Part shown: positions 19,979-29,395 of the stretch, piece after piece | Numbering within the stretch: position 1 is the stretch's first letter | Layout: each line of letters starts with the position of its first letter | Source of the DNA: a virus | Strand: one strand, 5' to 3' | IMG/VR virus record: IMGVR_UViG_3300021963_000097 | Span: 9,141-73,140 of that record | Length of the DNA stretch: 64,000 nucleotides | Program-made: the position numbers and the translations under genes | Notes under the pieces: generated by a model | Databases searched by the model: none | Told to the model about the DNA's origin: nothing | Seen by the model: the letters and a program-made list of their open reading frames with translations, nothing else

Positions 19979-22900
19979 ATGTCTTTCATTTATGCAAACC
20001 CGGTAGGGACTTCAGGATTTAGCGGCGTATCTGGCTATTCAGGTATATCAGGCTATAGCGGCATATCTGGATACTCTGGGCTAGGTGGCTCTAGTGGGTA
20101 CTCTGGCATAAGTGGTTATAGCGGTGTCAGTGGATTCTCCGGTATATCTGGTTATTCTGGTATTGGTATATCTGGCTATAGTGGTATTTCTGGCTGGTCG
20201 GGTTATAGTGGCTACTCGGGCATATCTGGTTATAGCGGCATATCGGGCTATTCAGGAGTTAGTAGCTATTCTGGCTACTCCGGTATTTCAGGTTATAGCG
20301 GCGTTAGCGGGTGGTCAGGCTATTCTGCCTATTCCGGTATTTCAGGGTATAGCGGTACTTCAGGTTGGTCCGGTTATTCCGGCATCTCTGGTGAATCTGG
20401 CTTTAGCGGCATATCAGGTTGGTCTGGCTATTCAGGCATCTCAGGCTTTAGCGGCATAAGCGGCTGGTCCGGTTATTCTGGCATATCTGGTTACTCAGGC
20501 ATATCTGGTTTCAGCGGCATCAGCGGCTGGTCTGGTTACTCAGGCATATCTGGTTATTCAGGCATCTCTGGGGAGTCTGGCTTTAGCGGCATATCAGGTT
20601 GGTCGGGCTATTCAGGCATTTCTGGTTACTCGGGCATTTCAGGCTTTAGCGGTATATCAGGTTACTCCGGTATTAGCGGGGAAGCGGGCCAAGCAGCAGC
20701 TTCAGGATACTCAGGGTATTCTGGACCGACCGGTGGGGCTTCAGCTTCAGGGTATTCAGGCATTTCAGGTTACTCAGGCATTTCTGCTTATTCAGGCATT
20801 TCAGGCTATTCAGGAAGCGGGGTATCAGGTTATAGTGGTATAGGTACAAGCGGTTACTCCGGCATATCAGGCTACTCAGGTATATCTGGTTACTCAGGCA
20901 TGAGCGGAGACTCTGGTTACTCAGGCATTTCTGGCTGGTCAGGCTATTCAGGCATATCTGGCTTCAGCGGTATTTCCGGTTGGTCTGGGTATAGCGGTAT
21001 CAGCGGGTATTCCGGTCACAGTGGTATAAGCGGGTACTCCGGTATTAGCGGTACAAGTGGTTACTCAGGTATCTCTGGTTGGTCGGGGTATAGCGGAGAC
21101 TCTGGTATTTCAGGTTGGTCCGGCACTTCAGGTTGGTCAGGTTACTCAGGCATTTCCGGCTGGTCCGGCTATTCTGGTTACTCAGGTACCTCAGGTATAA
21201 GCGGGTACTCAGGGTATTCAGGTACATCTGGTTATAGTGGTACGAGCGGTTGGTCTGGGTATAGTGGTATTAGCGGTTATAGTGGCATCAGTGGGTACTC
21301 AGGCATTTCTGGTTTTAGTGGCTCTGGTATTTCTGGTTACAGTGGTATTTCTGGTTACTCAGGTATCAGCGGCGCAACCGGAGCAGCTGCGCGGGAAACA
21401 ATTACCTATAATAATTCATTCGCTACCGGAAATATAATTAAAAAGACTTCTGGGGCTTATGCTCTAGCTCAAGCCGACTCAGCAGCAAATGCTGAAGTGC
21501 TCGGTATTATTCAAACCGCCAATGCTACTACCTTTACCATAATATATTCTGGACCTATTACTGGGCTTACCGGCTTAGTCGATAGTAGCGTATATTTCTT
21601 ATCAGACACGGTAGCAGGTTCTGCCGTATCAGTAGAGCCCACGACTGTCGGTAGTGTGTCTAAACCCGTAATGATCGCAACCGGCTCAACTACTGCTAAT
21701 GTAGAGATAATGAGAGGCTTTTTACTCGCTAATTCTATAGTAACAGGCACCGGAACTTCTGGGTATATAACTAAATTTACTTCTACTACAGCAATAGGTA
21801 ATAGTATAATTCAGGACAATGGTACTACGGTTTCGATAGGTGGAGCCATGACTGTCAGCAGCACGCTCGGCGTCACAGGCGTAGCCACATTAGGCAACGG
21901 AGCTATTCTAGGAACGCCAGCCAGCGGCACGGTGACGAATCTCACGGGGACGGCATCTATAAACATCAACGGGACCGTGGGAGCCACCACCCCTAGCACG
22001 ATTGCGGCGACGACGATTACATCAAAGATATCTACTGCAACAACCCCAATTACGCTTGGGGTTATTTCAGATTTTAACACTTACGGAGTTATTTCTTTTA
22101 ATAATATTTTAACAAATAGTGGCCGCCAAGGGATTGCAGGAGGTGCTGGTGACTTAAATCTTTATTACTCAGTTGCAACAGGCGGCGAGCATAGATTTGC
22201 TGTGGCAGGAGCTGCAGCTGTAGCCACAGTCTCCTCCACTGGCCTCGCGGTCACTGGGACTTTGTCGGCCACGGGGCAAATTACCAGCACAACGACTGGG
22301 CAATTTTTTCTTAACAACACACCGACCACTCAGGCTAATTATATGCGGCTCACGAATACGAGCGGCAATATGTATTTTGGTTTGGAAGGTGCAACGCCTA
22401 TTCTCGGAGGGACGGCATACGACACTATTTTGGTGGGTAAAACAGGACTGTCACTTTCTGGCAACGATGGTGGTGGCACACAACTCAGAGTTACTTCTGG
22501 AGGCGCGGCAATCACAGGGGCTTTGTCGGCCACATCATCAATATCAAATACAACGGCAAGCGGAACCGCTTCGGTTATCAACATTGCACAGACTGGAATT
22601 ATTGGTTGGAACATTACAAACGAAGCAACTACTGGACTGCTAAAAATTGGCGTTACATCGGGCGGGACAATACTCACGATGACCAATGGCACTGGCCTCG
22701 CGGTCACTGGGGCTTTGTCGGTCAGCGCACAAACTACTCTTGCAGGAGCCGTTCAAATTACCACCACTAGCTTTCCGTCAACTGGGGCGGGAATGGAACT
22801 TTCTTACAATGGTAATATTAGTTATGTGCAATCGTTTAACAGAACTGGAAGTGCATATACACCGCTTTATTTAATTGGTAGCAGTGTTCAAATTGCACCA

Positions 22901-23389
22901 AATGGGTCTTCGGTTGGTCTTTTCTCCTCCACTGGCCTCGCCGTCACAGGGGCTTTGTCTTGCACAGGCGCACTCTCCAAAGGTTCTGGCTCGTTTCGCA
23001 TCGAGCATCCGCTGCCATCTAAATCTGCTACACATCAACTCGTTCACTCCTTCATCGAGGGGCCAAAGTGCGACCTCATTTATCGCGGCAAAATCAACTT
23101 AGTAGACGGCAAAGCTACCGTAAACATCGACACCGATAGCACAATGACGGAAGGCACATTTGAAGTGCTATGCGCCAACGTGCAATGCTTCACGAGCAAC
23201 GAGTCTGGCTGGGGTGCAATTCGCGGTAAAGTGGTTGGCAACATCCTTACCATTGAAGCGCAAGATGCGGCATCCACAGACAACGTAAGCTGGATGGTAA
23301 TAGGCGAGCGCAAAGACCCGCACATCATGGACACGGATTGGACCGATAGCAATGGTCGTCCAATCGTTGAGCCACTCAAGCCAGTTTAA
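19979..23389 (+). CDS. Fiber protein 4: SG repeats, tail-fiber beta-modules, C-terminal chaperone-like domain
   Basis: GSFRIEHPL...LVHSFIEGP..DLIYRG C-terminal domain typical of phage fiber proteins; STGLAVTG repeats. Confidence 0.75.
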   Translation: MSFIYANPVGTSGFSGVSGYSGISGYSGISGYSGLGGSSGYSGISGYSGVSGFSGISGYSGIGISGYSGISGWSGYSGYSGISGYSGISGYSGVSSYSGYSGISGYSGVSGWSGYSAYSGISGYSGTSGWSGYSGISGESGFSGISGWSGYSGISGFSGISGWSGYSGISGYSGISGFSGISGWSGYSGISGYSGISGESGFSGISGWSGYSGISGYSGISGFSGISGYSGISGEAGQAAASGYSGYSGPTGGASASGYSGISGYSGISAYSGISGYSGSGVSGYSGIGTSGYSGISGYSGISGYSGMSGDSGYSGISGWSGYSGISGFSGISGWSGYSGISGYSGHSGISGYSGISGTSGYSGISGWSGYSGDSGISGWSGTSGWSGYSGISGWSGYSGYSGTSGISGYSGYSGTSGYSGTSGWSGYSGISGYSGISGYSGISGFSGSGISGYSGISGYSGISGATGAAARETITYNNSFATGNIIKKTSGAYALAQADSAANAEVLGIIQTANATTFTIIYSGPITGLTGLVDSSVYFLSDTVAGSAVSVEPTTVGSVSKPVMIATGSTTANVEIMRGFLLANSIVTGTGTSGYITKFTSTTAIGNSIIQDNGTTVSIGGAMTVSSTLGVTGVATLGNGAILGTPASGTVTNLTGTASININGTVGATTPSTIAATTITSKISTATTPITLGVISDFNTYGVISFNNILTNSGRQGIAGGAGDLNLYYSVATGGEHRFAVAGAAAVATVSSTGLAVTGTLSATGQITSTTTGQFFLNNTPTTQANYMRLTNTSGNMYFGLEGATPILGGTAYDTILVGKTGLSLSGNDGGGTQLRVTSGGAAITGALSATSSISNTTASGTASVINIAQTGIIGWNITNEATTGLLKIGVTSGGTILTMTNGTGLAVTGALSVSAQTTLAGAVQITTTSFPSTGAGMELSYNGNISYVQSFNRTGSAYTPLYLIGSSVQIAPNGSSVGLFSSTGLAVTGALSCTGALSKGSGSFRIEHPLPSKSATHQLVHSFIEGPKCDLIYRGKINLVDGKATVNIDTDSTMTEGTFEVLCANVQCFTSNESGWGAIRGKVVGNILTIEAQDAASTDNVSWMVIGERKDPHIMDTDWTDSNGRPIVEPLKPV

Positions 23390-23425
23390 CCCGCCCTAGA
23401 AGCCAAATAAAACAAACCCTTTACC

Positions 23426-23453
23426 TTGAATTAAAGGAAATGTGTTATAAAAT
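23426..23453 (+). promoter_or_regulatory. Sigma70-like promoter TTGAAT-N16-TAAAAT, 6 nt before ATG
   Basis: Recurrent architecture; TTGA starts 34 nt before the start codon. Confidence 0.6.
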
Positions 23454-23459
23454 ATAGAT

Positions 23460-23870
23460 ATGGAACTTACTCTCGATCAGGTCATCACTCTTTTTAATCG
23501 GTTCAAAGGTTTAAACGGCTACGAACAGGTTATTGAGAATAACGGTACGAAGTCTGCTATCTTTACTCCTTATCAATTCGATGGATCAACGTGCTGGAAT
23601 ATTGCTAAGAATCTTAACGTTTTACGTAAGCATGTAACTGATTATGAAGATGCTAAGAAGATGTTAGCAACGTCTCTTTCAATCGTAGAACAGGTAGATA
23701 AAAACGATCCTGTTAAGCTTGCTGAATTCACTACAGAAGTGTATAAGTTATTGGCTACTAAGGTAGAAGTAAAGGGAGTCTTAAAGCTTAAGATATCTGG
23801 ATTGTTCTTAGATAAGAACCCTATTCAGCCCGGCACTCTTGCTGATTTAGCTGAGCATATAGAAGAGTAA
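23460..23870 (+). CDS. Hypothetical protein (possible fiber assembly factor)
   Basis: 136-aa helical ORF located between fiber genes; function inferred from position only. Confidence 0.5.
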   Translation: MELTLDQVITLFNRFKGLNGYEQVIENNGTKSAIFTPYQFDGSTCWNIAKNLNVLRKHVTDYEDAKKMLATSLSIVEQVDKNDPVKLAEFTTEVYKLLATKVEVKGVLKLKISGLFLDKNPIQPGTLADLAEHIEE

Positions 23871-23931
23871 AGCCTCTTATATATATTTTAATCTCATGGA
23901 TTATTTATGCCGCACGGCATAAATAATTACA

Positions 23932-25311
23932 ATGGGACTCTCCACATTTACAGCAAATTCTGGTTACTCAGGCTTCTCAGGTTATGGCGGTGCTAGCTCA
24001 TCCGGCTATTCCGGTATATCAGGTTATATAGGAACGTCGGGCTACTCAAGCACTTCAGGCTATTCCGGCTACTCAGGTATAAGCGGGTTTTCCGGTATCT
24101 CAGGCTATTCTGGTATTAGTGGTTTTTCTGGCATCTCAGGCTTTTCTGGCATCTCTGGTTTTTCAGGTGTCTCTGGTTATTCTGGCATTTCAGGCTATTC
24201 CGGTTTTAGTGGCGAGTCTGGTTACTCTGGCGCATCAGGCTACTCGGGTATATCAGGCTATTCCGGCATATCAGGTTTTTCAGGGGATGTGGGTATTTCT
24301 GGTTACTCGGGTATCTCAGGCTATTCTGGTACCTTAGGTACTTCCGGTATATCAGGCTTTTCGGGTTATGTAGGTATTTCGGGTTACTCGGGTATTTCGG
24401 GTTACTCTGGTATCTCAGGCTACTCAGGTATTTCAAACACTTCAGGTTATTCTGGCGCCACCGCCGCAGCCGGTCCTCAAGGCGCTACTGGACCTACAGG
24501 TAATCAAGGCCCTCAAGGCGGTACAGGCCCACAAGGTCTAACTGGATTTATCGGGCCCTCGCCTACAGGCCCTCGAGGTCCTCAAGGCAATACCGGGCCT
24601 AATAGTCCCCCGGGACCTCTTGGTGCTCAGGGCAATACTGGTCCTACCGGCCCACAGGGTGGTACGGGCCCTCAAGGCTTTACTGGTCCTGTAGGTCCGT
24701 CTATAGCAGGTAATCAAGGACCTCAAGGACCTCAAGGCGCTAAAGGTAATACCGGACCAGCACAACCCGCTCCCGGTCCTGCTGGCCCTCAAGGCCCAGC
24801 CGGTCCTCAAGGCGCTACAGGGCCTCAAGGCGGGCCAGGACCTGGTGGCGCTGCAGGCGGGCCTGGGGGTCCTGGCCCAGCCGGCCCCGCCGGTAATCAA
24901 GGTCCAGCTGGTAATCAAGGCCCTACTGGTAATACCGGCCCTCAAGGCCCTCAAGGCCCTCAAGGGCCGGCGTCGCTCAGCTGCACGGCGAGTGATGAAA
25001 GACTTAAAGATAATGTTACAGCCATTACAGGCAGCCTACAAAAATTAAGAGATATTAATTATTATACTTTTAAATTTAAAGATATGGAAGTTTTACCCCC
25101 TAATATCCGCGGGTCTGTCAAGTCAGGGGTTACAGCTCAAGAAATTATACCTATATATAATAGCGCTGTTGTAAACTCATCACTACCAGTGGACGGTTCT
25201 AGCGAAAACTATTTACAGGTTAATTATATTAAGTTTGTTCCGTTAATGTTAAATGCATTAAGAGAGTTAAATAATAAAGTTAAAATATTAAGCTCAACAT
25301 TAAACGAATAA
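23932..25311 (+). CDS. SG-repeat + collagen fiber with peptidase S74 intramolecular chaperone
   Basis: (SG-X)n, then (G-P-X)n, then SDERLKDNV...GVTAQEI...VNY..FVPL. Confidence 0.85.
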   Translation: MGLSTFTANSGYSGFSGYGGASSSGYSGISGYIGTSGYSSTSGYSGYSGISGFSGISGYSGISGFSGISGFSGISGFSGVSGYSGISGYSGFSGESGYSGASGYSGISGYSGISGFSGDVGISGYSGISGYSGTLGTSGISGFSGYVGISGYSGISGYSGISGYSGISNTSGYSGATAAAGPQGATGPTGNQGPQGGTGPQGLTGFIGPSPTGPRGPQGNTGPNSPPGPLGAQGNTGPTGPQGGTGPQGFTGPVGPSIAGNQGPQGPQGAKGNTGPAQPAPGPAGPQGPAGPQGATGPQGGPGPGGAAGGPGGPGPAGPAGNQGPAGNQGPTGNTGPQGPQGPQGPASLSCTASDERLKDNVTAITGSLQKLRDINYYTFKFKDMEVLPPNIRGSVKSGVTAQEIIPIYNSAVVNSSLPVDGSSENYLQVNYIKFVPLMLNALRELNNKVKILSSTLNE

Positions 25312-25322
25312 ATATTTAAAAC

Positions 25323-26732
25323 ATGCCTAGTATCTTTAATGCTCCAACTAATACATCAGGCTACTCCGGATATTCTGGTACTGTAGGGGGATCAGGCTAC
25401 TCTGGTTTCTCCGGGGCTTCTGGTTACTCAGGCGTATCAGGTTTTTCAGGATATTCCGGCTATTCCGGTGTTTCAGGTTATTCCGCCTACTCAGGTATAA
25501 GCGGGTTCTCCGGTATATCAGGCTATTCGGGTATATCAGGCTATTCCGGCATTTCTGGTTACTCAGGTATAAGCGGGTTCTCCGGTATATCAGGCTATTC
25601 TGGTATATCAGGTTATTCCGGCATTTCTGGTTACTCCGGTATTTCAGGCTACTCAGGTATATCTGGTTACTCAGGCACATCAGGCGCATCAGGCTATTCA
25701 GGTATATCAGGCTATTCGGGTAATGTTTCTGGTTACTCAGGTATATCAGGATATTCAAGCGCATTAGGCGCATCAGGCTATTCAGGTATATCAGGGTATT
25801 CTAGTGTATCAGGTTACTCAGGTAAATCAGGTTACTCCGGGTATCAAGGGCCTTCACCTGCAGGTCCAACTGGCCCACAAGGCCCACAAGGTCCTAATAG
25901 CGCGCCTGGCCCTCTTGGTGCTCAGGGCAATACTGGTCCTACCGGCCCTCAAGGTGGCACAGGCCCTCAAGGCTTTACTGGGCCAGTTGGTCCATCTATA
26001 GCAGGTAATCAAGGGCCTCAAGGCCCCCAAGGCAACGCAGGGCCACTCGGTCCTCAAGGCGCTACTGGACCTACAGGCAACCAAGGACCACAAGGCGGTA
26101 CAGGACCACAAGGAGCAATCGGCTTTACTGGCAATCAAGGAGATACTGGCGGATCTGGACCTGCGGGGCCCCCAGGACCAACCGGTAATGCTGGACCTCC
26201 AGGCCCTAGCGGCCCTCGTGGTCCTCAAGGCGGCGCTGGTGGTGCAGGTCCTCGAGGCCCTCAAGGCCCAGTGGGCGGTCAAGGCCCCGCCGGTAATCAA
26301 GGTCCAGTTGGTAATCGAGGCCCTCAAGGCCCACGTGGTCATACAGGCCCTTTCGGCCAAGTTTACTCGGATGCAAATTTAAAAACCGATATTGAATTAA
26401 CTTCCTTACATGAAAGTTTTAGTATTGTTAATAGTTTAACAGGGTATAATTTTACCTGGAACCCAGAAATGTCTGCAATTTATATGAGTCAAATTGAATC
26501 AAAAGGATATGAGGACGTAGGGGTTATTGCTCAAGAATTAAATACTACTTGGAATACTATTTCTACTAATATTCCAAACCCTGTCAGTATTAATCCGCAA
26601 CAAATAGAGAGTTTAAATTTTACTGATCAATTAATGGTTAACTATAGAAGCTTAATACCACTAATTACTGCAGCGACTAAACAGCTTAGCAACCAAGTAA
26701 CCCAATTGAGCGCAAAAATACTTAATCGTTAA
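25323..26732 (+). CDS. SG-repeat + collagen fiber with S74 chaperone
   Basis: SDANLKTDI...GVIAQEL...VNYRSLIPL. Confidence 0.85.
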   Translation: MPSIFNAPTNTSGYSGYSGTVGGSGYSGFSGASGYSGVSGFSGYSGYSGVSGYSAYSGISGFSGISGYSGISGYSGISGYSGISGFSGISGYSGISGYSGISGYSGISGYSGISGYSGTSGASGYSGISGYSGNVSGYSGISGYSSALGASGYSGISGYSSVSGYSGKSGYSGYQGPSPAGPTGPQGPQGPNSAPGPLGAQGNTGPTGPQGGTGPQGFTGPVGPSIAGNQGPQGPQGNAGPLGPQGATGPTGNQGPQGGTGPQGAIGFTGNQGDTGGSGPAGPPGPTGNAGPPGPSGPRGPQGGAGGAGPRGPQGPVGGQGPAGNQGPVGNRGPQGPRGHTGPFGQVYSDANLKTDIELTSLHESFSIVNSLTGYNFTWNPEMSAIYMSQIESKGYEDVGVIAQELNTTWNTISTNIPNPVSINPQQIESLNFTDQLMVNYRSLIPLITAATKQLSNQVTQLSAKILNR

Positions 26733-26738
26733 AATATA

Positions 26739-28112
26739 ATGAGCAACACTTCTATAACAATAGCTATAGGCCAGTCTGGTATATCAGGTTATTCTGGTCA
26801 ATCTGGTTTTTCAGGAGTATCAGGCTACTCGGGTAATACTTCTGGATACTCGGGTAATACTTCTGGGTATTCAGGTATATCAGGCTACTCAGGTATATCA
26901 GGTTATTCGGGTATATCAGGCTACTCGGGTATATCAGGTTTTTCTGGCATCTCAGGTTTTTCAGGTATAAGTGGCGCATCTGGTTTCTCGGGTGTATCAG
27001 GCTATTCAAGTTATTCAGGCATTTCAGGGTATTCAGGTATATCAGGTATATCAGGGTATTCAAGCATATCAGGGTATTCTAGCGTTTCTGGTTACTCCGG
27101 GGTGTCAGGCTATTCCGGTATATCAGGCTTTTTAGGTTATGGTGGTTTATCAGGCTACTCGGGTATATCAGGTTACTCTGGTGTTTCTGGTTTTTCCGGC
27201 ATATCAGGTTTTTCTGGTATATCAGGGTTTTCAGGTTATTTAGGTATTTCAGGATATTCAGGACCAGACGGGGTTCAAGCTGGGCCAGGACCACAAGGCC
27301 CAACCGGTCCTATTGGTCCGTCTATAGCAGGTAATACAGGCCCTCAAGGCCCCCAAGGCAACGCAGGGCCACTCGGTCCTCAAGGCGCTACTGGACCTAC
27401 AGGCAACCAAGGACCACAAGGCGGTACAGGACCGCAAGGAGCAACTGGATTTATCGGGCCTTCACCTACAGGCCCTCGAGGCCCTCAAGGCAATACCGGC
27501 CCTAACAGCCCTCCAGGACCTCTTGGCGCGCCTGGTAATCAGGGTCCTCAAGGTCCTGTTGGCGCTCAAAGCTCTTTTAGTCCTCCTGGACCTCCGGGAC
27601 CTACAGGACCATCTCCAACTGGGCCGACTGGACCAGCCGGCTTTACTGGCGCTCAAGGACCTGCAGGACCGACCGGCTTTACTGGCAATCAAGGCCCAGT
27701 TGGCAATCAAGGCCCTGTTGGCAATCAAGGGCCCGCGGGCTTTACCGGCCCGACGGGCTTTCAAGGACCTCCCTGTACGAATACATTTTCTGACAGCCGC
27801 TTAAAAGAAAGTCTTACTATTATTAATGATAGTTTAAATTTATTAAGATCTGTAGATGTATATAACTTTACTTGGAAAGAAACATTAACAGCAGCAACAG
27901 TACCTCGCATGAGAAACTTAGCCGGTAAAGCCGATATCGGATTTTTAGTTCAAAGTCTTTCTGCAGTATGGCCATACTCTATAGGTGAAAAAGTAGAAAT
28001 GATACCAGGGGAAGAGGGTTATTATCAATTTTATCCTGCCCAGATGATACCGTTAGTTATGGCTTCTATAAAAGAGCTAGATACAGTAGTTAATCAATTA
28101 AGTTCTTTATAA
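26739..28112 (+). CDS. SG-repeat + collagen fiber with S74 chaperone
   Basis: SDSRLKESL...FTWK...GFLVQ...[12 protein letters not shown]. Confidence 0.85.
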   Translation: MSNTSITIAIGQSGISGYSGQSGFSGVSGYSGNTSGYSGNTSGYSGISGYSGISGYSGISGYSGISGFSGISGFSGISGASGFSGVSGYSSYSGISGYSGISGISGYSSISGYSSVSGYSGVSGYSGISGFLGYGGLSGYSGISGYSGVSGFSGISGFSGISGFSGYLGISGYSGPDGVQAGPGPQGPTGPIGPSIAGNTGPQGPQGNAGPLGPQGATGPTGNQGPQGGTGPQGATGFIGPSPTGPRGPQGNTGPNSPPGPLGAPGNQGPQGPVGAQSSFSPPGPPGPTGPSPTGPTGPAGFTGAQGPAGPTGFTGNQGPVGNQGPVGNQGPAGFTGPTGFQGPPCTNTFSDSRLKESLTIINDSLNLLRSVDVYNFTWKETLTAATVPRMRNLAGKADIGFLVQSLSAVWPYSIGEKVEMIPGEEGYYQFYPAQMIPLVMASIKELDTVVNQLSSL

Positions 28113-28162
28113 GATAAACTAAGAACAGTTGATAATTTTTAACAGATATATAATTATTTGTT

Positions 28163-28771
28163 GTGTATCATACTAGTTTAATTATCCAAGAAAACTTCTA
28201 TACAAACCCGTTAGAAGTAAGAGCGTTTGCTCTTGCTCAAGATTTTAGTGTAGCTGGTAATTATCCTGGTAGTAGAACAAAGTCGTTTGCCGATGAAAGT
28301 ATTTTTAATACAATACAAGATATTGTAAGCCCTCATGCTGGTAAAATTACCTGGTTTGGGGGTAATAAAGATGCAGATCATAACTACACTGGATCGTATC
28401 AGTTAACGTATGCTAAAGATCGTACTTGGATACATAACGATAGTAATACCTCTTGGGCGGGGGTACTTTATCTTACTCCAGATGCACCGGTCACCGGGGG
28501 TACCGGGCTATTTAGACATAAAAAAACTGGGTGGATTAAAGCTCCCAGAACCGCTGATAATCTTATAGATCAAGCACTTCTGGATAAAAGTATTGCGGGT
28601 TACGAGTATCAAGATTATACTAAATGGGAATTACATGATCAAATTGGTAATAAATTTAACCGTTTAGTAATGTACCGTGGGGATTATTTTCATGCCTCTT
28701 TAGATTATTTCGGCGACTCAAAAGAAAATGGAAGGCTTTTTCAAACATTCTTTTTTAGTACCGAGTATTGA
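28163..28771 (+). CDS. Fe(II)/2OG oxygenase-like protein (DUF6445-like)
   Basis: WIHND...WAGVLYL...GGT...FNRLVMY...FH...RLFQTFF. Confidence 0.7.
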   Translation: MYHTSLIIQENFYTNPLEVRAFALAQDFSVAGNYPGSRTKSFADESIFNTIQDIVSPHAGKITWFGGNKDADHNYTGSYQLTYAKDRTWIHNDSNTSWAGVLYLTPDAPVTGGTGLFRHKKTGWIKAPRTADNLIDQALLDKSIAGYEYQDYTKWELHDQIGNKFNRLVMYRGDYFHASLDYFGDSKENGRLFQTFFFSTEY

Positions 28772-28801
28772 TTTTTTTATAATATATAATAAATTATTAT
28801 T

Positions 28802-29395
28802 ATGCACAATCAATATCAGATCTTTACAAGCGCTTTTAACGATCAATTCTGCGACCATATTATTAGTGTAGCAAAGCTGTATCGCGAGCAAGGCGGGGTA
28901 GTAGGTTCAATTGATGCTACTACCGGGGAGTCGAGCTCCGCCCTTAATCAAGAAATACGTAATAGTACTATTCGCTGGATTGATATTTATGCACATAGAG
29001 AAATTAATACAATTCTTAATGACTATGTAAATGCAGTTAATAGCTCGCTGTTTGGTTTTGATATAAGTTTTGGGTTTAATTCTTTACAGTATACGGAATA
29101 CAATGGAGATGGCCCGGCGCCTCAGTTTTATGATTGGCATATGGACTGTTTGTTCGATAACGCAGTATTAGACCGTAAGTTGTCTGCCGTAGTACAATTA
29201 AGTAGTCCAGATGATTATGAAGGCGGGCTTTTCGAAATGGAAGGTTGCGCGCGTCCTCCATTTAATGTAGAGCCGTTTTTACCGCGTGGGTCGTTATTAA
29301 TATTTCCTTCTTACCTTAAGCACCGGGTCTTACCCGTAACTAAAGGGCTACGCAAGAGCTTGGTAACTTGGTATAACGGACCAAGATTTAGGTAA
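28802..29395 (+). CDS. Fe(II)/2OG oxygenase, prolyl-4-hydroxylase/PKHD-like
   Basis: YDWHMD...RKLSAVVQLS..DDYEGG...FPSYLKHRVLPVTKGLRKSLVTW. Confidence 0.9.
   Translation: MHNQYQIFTSAFNDQFCDHIISVAKLYREQGGVVGSIDATTGESSSALNQEIRNSTIRWIDIYAHREINTILNDYVNAVNSSLFGFDISFGFNSLQYTEYNGDGPAPQFYDWHMDCLFDNAVLDRKLSAVVQLSSPDDYEGGLFEMEGCARPPFNVEPFLPRGSLLIFPSYLKHRVLPVTKGLRKSLVTWYNGPRFR

Noticed and set aside
10418-27804. Many alternative-frame and antisense ORFs within the fiber genes
   Set aside because: Shadows of the 9-nt periodic repeats; fully nested in longer ORFs, with no start signals
21840-28112. Diversity-generating retroelement or invertible shufflon for fiber tips
   Set aside because: No reverse transcriptase or invertase seen; shared blocks are direct, coding and not adenine-specifically variable
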